From Octopus sinensis (lineage: Eukaryota), in assembly GCF_006345805.1 (NCBI RefSeq), contig NC_043006.1:69130001-69194000 (forward strand): a DNA stretch of 64,000 nt, written 5' to 3'. A model generated the notes under the pieces. It was not told the origin of the DNA, made no database searches, and saw only the letters and a list, made by a program, of their open reading frames with translations. The position numbers were made by a program, and so were the translations under genes. Position 1 is the first letter of the stretch, and each line of letters starts with the position of its first letter. Shown here piece after piece: positions 55,440-64,000 of the stretch.

Positions 55440-56500
55440 GCGAAGACATCATTTCATGCGACAACAACTACAATACCATTATCACACTATTTCTACCACC
55501 ATCACCATCACCATTACCATCGTCGTCATGATCAACAACAACGCTGTAACCACCACCACCACCAACACCATCAAGAACAACAATCCAACGGCCATTATCC
55601 CCGTTACTTCACCAAGTCTTTGACATCAGGAGCAGCCCACCTAATCCAGCACTACCACCGCCACCACCACCATCAAGGACAATAATAACACACACTGTAT
55701 GTATGTATGTATGTATGTATGACATCACCACTACCACCACCAACAACAACAACAACAGCGTTATCACATATGTAATATCAACAAGATCAACAGCGACAAC
55801 AATAGCAACCTCGACAGCGTTGTCTCCAAAACAATAAACACCACAGTTTACAAAAACAAATGGGACCCCACCGACCCACCACGACACCCATCAACGCCAC
55901 CATAACAACAAAAACAACAACAACAATAACAACAACAACAACAACAATAACAGCACCACCTGCGACACAAACAATGACAATACCAAGTGTAATATCACAT
56001 ACAATAATAACAAGATGCACAAAGAGCAACTATAGGGACCAGTACCACCACCACCCACCACCACCTCCACCTCCACCTGAACCAGCAGCAGCAACAGCAG
56101 CAGCAGCACCAACGACAACACCGCTACCAACACTCCACCACCATCACAACCACCGCTACCAACACTCCACCACTATCACAACCACTGCCGCCGCCGCCAC
56201 CGTTACCAACACCTACAACAGGCGCATCCCCATCATCACCATTAACATCATCACTACCATCACCAACACATTCACCACCACCACCAACACCACTACCAAC
56301 ACTATCATCAACACCAGCAAAACCCAACACCATCATCAACACCACCGCCACCACTAACACCACCAATACCAAACACAAACAACAATTACAACAACAACAA
56401 CAACGTCTATCACAACAATAACAACAACAAAATCTAAACCACCACCACCACCAATATCACCAACACAATAATAACAATAACAACGACCACGATAGTTCCG
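55440..56500. repeat. Low-complexity (CAA/CAC/ACC)n trinucleotide tract
   Basis: Mixed ACC/AAC/ATC repeats produce Thr/His/Pro-rich pseudo-ORFs. Confidence 0.9.
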
Positions 56501-56824
56501 CCCTCCTACCTCCTACAGACACCACCTCCTTCCAACACCCTAATTAGTTTTCTCTCTCTCCTCCACTTCCTCCTTTCCCTCCCCTCCTTCTCTTCCTACT
56601 ACCTACCTACCTACCTCCTCCTCCCGCGCCCCACCTACCACCTCACCTCTCTATATATTTTCCGCCCAGTTTCAAAGGCGAATTTCATGTTCTACTTTGC
56701 ACACATCATTTCACCTGGAAATAACTTCTCATAGACAATACTTGTGTGTTTATTTTAATTATCTAACGTTAATTAGTTTTATACACAAAGTAGATTTACA
56801 AACAATTCTCTCCCGCCGACCCCC

Positions 56825-56866
<42 letters not shown>

Positions 56867-56985
56867 ACACAAACACACACACACACACACACCTCCTCTC
56901 TCTCTTCTGTCTACATTGCATGGAGTAATAATATCATAGAAGGGAATGGAAGAGAGATAGTGTTGGCGCTGCTGGCATTGATGAC

Positions 56986-57030
<45 letters not shown>

Positions 57031-57269
57031 GGTGGTGGTGGTGGTGGCGGTGGCGGTGGGTGATGATAATGAAGAAACGGAGGGAGATGGGGGGAAATGG
57101 AAAGGAAGGCGATGCCAGTGCTTTGGCGAAACGACTCGCCTAAGCGAAAAAGTCTGCCGAAGATTCTTTGAGATTTTTATCATCAAAATTGAATAAACAC
57201 ATTAAGGTGGGGAGCATTAGCGAAATATAATTACAAATAACATGGCTGACTCCCGATTTGGAGTTTTAA

Positions 57270-57306
<37 letters not shown>

Positions 57307-57515
57307 CATATATTGATACAAACATAAGTATATACATGCATACATAATACATACATACATACATATAGTCATGTATACATATATATATATGCATACATAT
57401 ATTGATACAAACATAAGTATATACGTACATATATACATATAAAAAAAAAATACACATATATTACTATATATGTTTAAGAATAATATATGTGTATGAGTGT
57501 GTATGTGTATGTATG

Positions 57516-57579
<64 letters not shown>

Positions 57580-58274
57580 ATATATATATGCATGTATATA
57601 TGTATTATATATATGTATATATATGTGTGTATATATATATGTGTGTGTGTGGATATGTGTGTCGTACATATGTGTATAAATATGCCACTAAAACGAAACA
57701 CGCATATGTATCGCCTAATCTACTAAACACACACGCACAACACATTCACACTCTATCACACACACACGCGTACACACACACGTACACACACACACACACA
57801 CACAAAACACACACACACAATATGTGTTAAATTTACATATGCTTGTATGTCTGTATCCTTGTCCCTACGTGTTTGAGTTTATGTACACAGATACACGAAA
57901 AGAATGGTACACACACACACACACACATACACACACACACACTCTCACTCACATATACACACTTATATATTCAGTATACATAACATAACACATATGTACA
58001 TATTAAAGTGGCAGAATCGGCAGAGTACTCGCAAAAATTAGAGTTACGTCATGGCGTAGGTCCAAATCTTATTCATGTCGACTTTGATATATCTCCCTCT
58101 CCATTGTCATAAAATAAGTACCAGTTATATACTCGTGGACATATAATCGACAAAACCTCTAATTACTGAAACCTGGAAGTATAAAGTATATACTTATATA
58201 CGTGTACATATGAACGGACACATATACGTATGTGTGTATGTATGCATGTTTGTATGTGTGTTTATGTATGTATG

Positions 58275-58305
<31 letters not shown>

Positions 58306-58699
58306 GTATGCATGTATGTATACACGGATTCATGTATGTATGCATGTATGAATGTATGTATGTATTTGTGTAAGTAGGCATGTCTGCATGTGTGTGTATG
58401 TATGTGTTTTAGATAGGTATACACGGATGCATGTATGTATGCATGTTTGTATGTGTGTCTATGTATGTATGTAGGTATGCACGAATGCATGTGTGTATGA
58501 ATGCATGTCTGTACGTGTGAGTATGTATATATGTATGTAAGTAGGTATGTAGGTTGCTCGGATGCATGTGTGTATGTATGTGCGTGTATGCATATATATA
58601 CATAAATATGGTGTTAAAATAATATATAACACACACGTGCATTCACACGTACACACATACTCACACACACACAGACACACACACACAAAATATTTATGA

Positions 58700-59420
58700 T
58701 ATTTAATTGTGGTTCAGGAAACATAGCAATGAGCTTTTAGATATATCCATGAGCGGTTATAAGGGAGCATATATATATTTCTTTATTGCCCACAACGGGC
58801 TAAACATAGAGGGGACAAACAAGGACAGACAAAGGGATTTAGTCGATTACATTGACGCTAGTGCGAAACTGGTACTTATTTAATCGACCCCGAAAAGATG
58901 AAAGGCAAAGTCGACCTCGGTGGAATTTGAACTCAGAACGTAGCAGCAGACGACATACCCATTTTTTTAACTACCCACAAGGGGCTAAACACAGAGACGA
59001 CAAACAAACGGATTAAGTCGATTATATCGACCCCAGTGCATAACTGGTACTTAATTTATGGACCCCGAAAGGATGAAAGTCAAAGTCGACCTCGGCGGAA
59101 TTTGAACTTAGAACGTAAAGACAGACGAAATACCGCTAAGCATTTCGTCCGGTGTGCTAACGATTCTGCCAACTCGCCTAAGGGAGCATATATATTTCAA
59201 ATTGAACAAATGAAGGTATATCATAGACACTAAAATATAGAACCCATCAGCAGAGGACTTTACAGAGACAACGGACTTGCGGCGTCGACAAAATTAGAAT
59301 GACAATAATTAACAACGATGCCTACAATGCTGAGCACTGTAAATTTCCTAGATACCACCCGACACCCTGACACAGGTCACCACAACTCCACCTTCCGTAA
59401 GATAACAAACACAAAGAAAA
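58700..59420 (+). mobile_element. Decayed Penelope-like RT fragment interrupted by a family-A SINE
   Basis: LDISMSGYKGA (compare FDVTMGSYDGAE) lies before the SINE; GLYRDNGLAA (compare GLYRDDGL) and VNFLDTT follow it. The SINE at 58777-59178 has a 17-bp TSD TAAGGGAGCATATATAT at 58760-76 and 59179-95. Confidence 0.8.
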
Positions 59421-60348
59421 AATCTAACAACCAACCCACGATGATGCAACACAATAAAGATAACGTAAGCACAACTGGACATGACATCTCACCTATTGTT
59501 TGTCAGATATATTTAACCATTTAGCCTTTAAACTGAGCATTTGCAGCCCAAATATTCTACATAGTCTGTGTTAGAACTGGTCTGATCCAGCCTTTTACAT
59601 CTAGCCTACAATGTCATTCTAAAAATAAGCAATCACATCATCGAAGTCTCAAAGCTGAGAGATAAAGCATGATTAATTCAAAACAATGTGAATAAGTGTT
59701 AAATTGGACGCAGGAATCTGAACGCTAAAATGCTTTTCCATGCAACAGTACATTTTTAGTACTAAGTTTCAAAATATGAGGCAAACCCCATCAAAGAAAA
59801 CCAGACGTAAAACGAGAAATGTATATATAAGTATACACACGCACATGTCCATACACGAACACACAAATATACACACATATACTCAGTAGTTGATCTCTAA
59901 CTTACCTTCTTTATATGTACCTTATTGCAATAAACTACATGTTGCAAATGATTCATGAATCACAGCCGATAAACGCAAGATAATACCAACTAGTCTAACT
60001 ATTACAGCTAATATATATGCTGTGTTTGCTTCAATAGCTATTTATTATCGGCTATATTTGAAATGTGGAGATAGTTGTCTTCTGTGAGTACTCAACAGGC
60101 TATAAACCATGTCTGGACAATCTCATAATTTTCAGTGTATAAAGAGAATAACAAGATGTATTTACATCTGTTTTAAAGTTACACACTGAAAAGCTTAAAA
60201 CTGCACTTAACCATTTCACATTTTTCGTCTGTTTTCTAACATACGACACGCAGTGCAAAAAATTATTTGGCATGTATACTTATATATGTGTATATGTATT
60301 TTTATGTGTGTCTATATATATGTGTGTATATAGTATATATATATTATA

Positions 60349-60399
<51 letters not shown>

Positions 60400-60533
60400 T
60401 ACATACATATACACACACAGACATCATACACACACACGCACACACACATACACACACACATATATATGTATGTATATATAATAATAACATACTAGTAATA
60501 ATAATAATGATAATGATAATAATACTATTAATG

Positions 60534-60569
<36 letters not shown>

Positions 60570-61002
60570 TAAAAATATTAATAATAATAATAATATAATA
60601 ATAATAGAATATTAATATTAATAATATAAAAAATAAAAATAATAATATAATAATAATAATAAAAATAATATAATAATAATAATAATAATATATAATAAAA
60701 ATAAATAAAATAATAAAAAATAATATAATAATAATAATAATAATAATAATCAATAATAATAATAATAATAATATAATAATTAATATATAAATAGAGGAAT
60801 AGATAAATAGAGGAATATTTATATACGTTATTAATTTAGAACAAACAGTAAAGGTTGTCCTTATAGTACTGGGAGTTTCGTCGGCTATTATTATATATTT
60901 GCCATTTCTCGTGCTATCGTCTATTTTTCCGCATGTTTTGTTGGTTCTGTTTGTTGTGTTCTTTCTTTCCTACCTTTGATTCATATATATATATATCATA
61001 TA

Positions 61003-61036
<34 letters not shown>

Positions 61037-61041
61037 CTTTG

Positions 61042-61206
61042 TTAAAAAGCAGCGAGATATCACAAAAAATGTTAGTCAGAGTTTCATGTTTTCCGTTCAT
61101 CGGACAGTTTTGTTTAGAATCTATATAATTCTATACAAAACTGTCCTATGAACGGGAACGTGAAACTCTGAGTAACAATTTTTGTGATAATTTTGCTGCT
61201 TTTTAA
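61042..61206. repeat. 165-bp palindrome with a hammerhead-like motif in each arm
   Basis: Plus 61140-61179: ACTGT-CCTATGA-ACG-GGAA-CGT-GAAA-CTCTGAG-TA-ACAAT. Minus arm: ACTGT-CCGATGA-ACGGAAAACAT-GAAA-CTCTGAC-TA-ACATT. Confidence 0.8.
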
Positions 61207-61519
61207 TAAGGCATATTACCTCACTTCTGGTATTCGAGAACTATTTTCCCACCTTGTATCGCATTTATGTGCTTATTCTGCTACATATATGTATATATAT
61301 ATATATATATATAAAAAATAAATATTAATTAATTAATTAATTAATTAATTAATTAATATATGTATATATATATATATATATATATAAAATAAATATATAC
61401 ATAAATTATATATATATATAATATATAATACATATGTATACATTTATATACATATATATATGATACACACACACAGACACACACACATCATATACGTATG
61501 ATATAATAAAATATATTAC

Positions 61520-62650
61520 AAGAGCTGCACTGATTTTAATTGGCTTTAAAGCCATAACAAGATTCTTCATTTTGGTAAAACGGAAGTAGTCGCTTTGCTC
61601 AACACTAATTAAACCTCTGTAATGTCTCTAAAACATCATGGACTGTTAGAATCTTAAATTAAATAAACACTAAACTTAATTAGATTAAATATAGGTACCA
61701 GTACATTGGTGTAAATGATACAAGATTATTAATACTGTACTCTACAAGGAGCTGTACCGTGCTATGTATGTATCTGTATTTGAAAAACAAGATTAATCAA
61801 AAGAGATTATTTAACAAAAATTAAATAGGAATTAAGAAATAAATACTGCTGTACAACTGCTCTCTTGGAGTTTTTCAAGAACTATAAAGCTAATAATGAA
61901 TGATCAAAAGTTGAACCCTCTCAAGATTACAATCTGTTTCGTAGATGGTCACATCATCTCAGATTTCTGATGCTGTAAGTGAAACATCCGGGGTACTTGA
62001 AGTTGAAGCAAGAGGCACCCTTTATTCTTGTTTTCCTTTTTTTTTAAAGCATTTTACCCAAGCGAGGCTTCTTCATATGTTTGGAACTTTCTTTGAGTAA
62101 TTTTTCATGTAACAAATGTAGATTTATTATTTATTATTCCGTAAAGCTAGCATGTTACGCAAACCCTTTGATTACTTCATTCTCCAACTCAGTTAAACTG
62201 CCATGGGAAAGCGTTTCAGCTACACTGGTTTCATCTTTGTTATTGTCATTTTTCATTATTTCCTATGTTTTTATTATCATTCACTGTCTGTAAGATGATG
62301 CACAACAAATACTTTGTTGATATTCAAACACTGCAAAATTTTCTTCATTCAGATTATCATCTATTTTATCCTCAGTAATAAGCCCTACAACTTTTTGTTT
62401 TTGTGGGGTCTTTTGGCATACTCTAGCAAGGGTGCTGAACAGCAGAAGGTTTTCGGAGGAGAAAACCCTATCAAGACAAGTTTTTCAGACTTTAACTTCT
62501 TCCACTCTTTAACTTCTTACACTGGATGCCGATTCGCATCCAGGTCATGACGTCCGGGTGTCCTTCTGACACTTTTTAACCACCTGGATATCGGAGACCG
62601 GTGCATTTAAACCATTTGGAGATTTCATCTAGTTCTAATTTCTCGTCGTG
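61520..62650 (-). mobile_element. Possible highly decayed LINE 5' region (AP-endonuclease start)
   Basis: Minus strand near 61730-61610 reads CIIYTNV...ITEV*L, resembling the APE N-terminal xYTNx...ITETWL pattern. There are many stops. Confidence 0.3.
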
Positions 62651-63071
62651 GACTCAGCTTTCAAACTTATACCTATAGAATAAATAACATTTTCTCTTTG
62701 ATAAAATCTGAGAAATCGTGGTCAATATTTTCACCTGATGTATTACAACAGGTCACAATTTATGCAATGTTTTCTGCTGTGTTGATTCAACCTCCTCCGA
62801 TCCTTTAGCAATAAACCAAAGAACATACACCACTCTAGTAAGTGTCTGTATAGACTTGCCAACATCCATTGAATCTAACGGAATTTAACGGAAAACGAGT
62901 GACATTTGGCCTTCAAAGAGTACATTATTCCTTGATCTTGTGGTTGAATAAATGGTATGCATTTATTCAATTGATAAACCGTTACCATAATGTTCACAAA
63001 ACTTAGGTAAAGGGACACTGCGGTTCAGTTTTTTTATTTCTCATGAATCGATACGGAGCTAAATTTAAGCA

Positions 63072-63440
63072 AAACAAGAGCATCCAGAGAGCGCAAACCT
63101 CCTCCAAGGCAACACCAACGTCCTCTCAACGATTAGCCGGAGATGATTTTTAAAATGAGAATATCTGAAATAAACTCGACTGCTCTCACAATCGAGAGAA
63201 CTAAAAATGAACCTGACCGCTCTCGAAAATTAAATAAAACAGCAGGAAAAAGAATCCAGAATTCTTCTCTGGCATAGGATCAATCCCAAAATCTAATCAC
63301 TTCGTGCCAGTCACAAGACCAAACATCCCTAAAAGTTTCATTCTAATCCATCCAGCGCTTTTTGCAATATCTTGTGTATGGACAAACAAACAAACACGAC
63401 TGAAAACAGTACCTCCGCCTTCGCTAAGGTGGCGGTAATA
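63072..63440 (+). mobile_element. Non-autonomous element with HINE/DINE-like (Helentron-associated) architecture
   Basis: 5' AAACAAGAGCATCCAGAGAGCGCAAACCTCC, an internal (ACAA)n microsatellite, and a 3' stem-loop TACCTCCGCCTTCGCTAAGGTGGCGGTA. Confidence 0.5.
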
Positions 63441-63681
63441 AGCTAAAAATCAGACAAAATCGAGCTGTGACCACCGGTATTTACAGTGTGAACAATCTAA
63501 AATAGCACAGTTACCCTCAACGCCATTTGTGGGCCGCTCAGTTCATGTGTCTGACGACCAAGAAAAATTTCGAGCTTCTTGTCTTAATTTCGCACGGACT
63601 GACGGATGTACGGACCATCCTTTGCCGGAAACTCGGTTTAGTGTCTGTATAGTATAGTTATGGTTTTATCTCTAAAATTTA

Positions 63682-63716
<35 letters not shown>

Positions 63717-63733
63717 GATATATAGAATCTATC

Positions 63734-63773
<40 letters not shown>

Positions 63774-63841
63774 CCTGTGTGTGTAATAAAGCTAATATAA
63801 TGCAATACACACAGACATAGACACACACCCCATATATTTTG

Positions 63842-63900
<59 letters not shown>

Positions 63901-64000
63901 ACCACATGATATATATTGATTTGTTGAAAAATTCCTCGATGCAGTCACAATATTTGAAAAATAATTTTCTTGAATACTTAATTTATTCATAACAACAAAA

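Noticed and set aside
55860-56357. Thr/Pro/His-rich mucin-like ORF
   Set aside because: It is a low-complexity trinucleotide tract open in several frames, with no splice or domain support.
469-60753. Many ORFs rich in YI/CV/HT/LS/MY repeats
   Set aside because: They are translations of (TA)n, (CA)n, (GA)n, (TAA)n and (TATG)n microsatellites, with no domain content.

Overview
Repeat-dense, AT- and microsatellite-rich animal genomic DNA. The SINE families and (TA)n/(CA)n load suggest octopus or another coleoid cephalopod; this is inferred, not verified. One host gene is recognisable: BAMBI (BMP and activin membrane-bound inhibitor) on +, with coding exon 2 (12636-12983) and terminal exon 3 (26321-26757). 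The signal-peptide exon was not found. The rest is mobile DNA: two decayed mariner elements, two hAT-Charlie-type MITEs with 8-bp TSDs, CR1/L2-group and RTE LINE fragments, three decayed Penelope-like (PLE) RT fragments, about four tRNA-SINE families, palindromic elements, and a 100-N gap. Nearly all ORF-track entries are microsatellite artefacts. The main unexplained signal is a set of at least seven type-I hammerhead ribozyme motifs from different families, most with palindromic stem III and in PLE pLTR- or retrozyme-like inverted or direct repeats. Two look structurally intact: 9535-9638, inside a 450-bp palindrome upstream of BAMBI exon 2 on the sense strand, and 47296-47337, with a U3:A8 core in a 359-nt repeat unit. 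Other notable points: a SINE subfamily found repeatedly at the same positions inside related SINEs, a SINE/LINE shared 3' tail with a covarying hairpin, and a candidate BMP-responsive Smad element.
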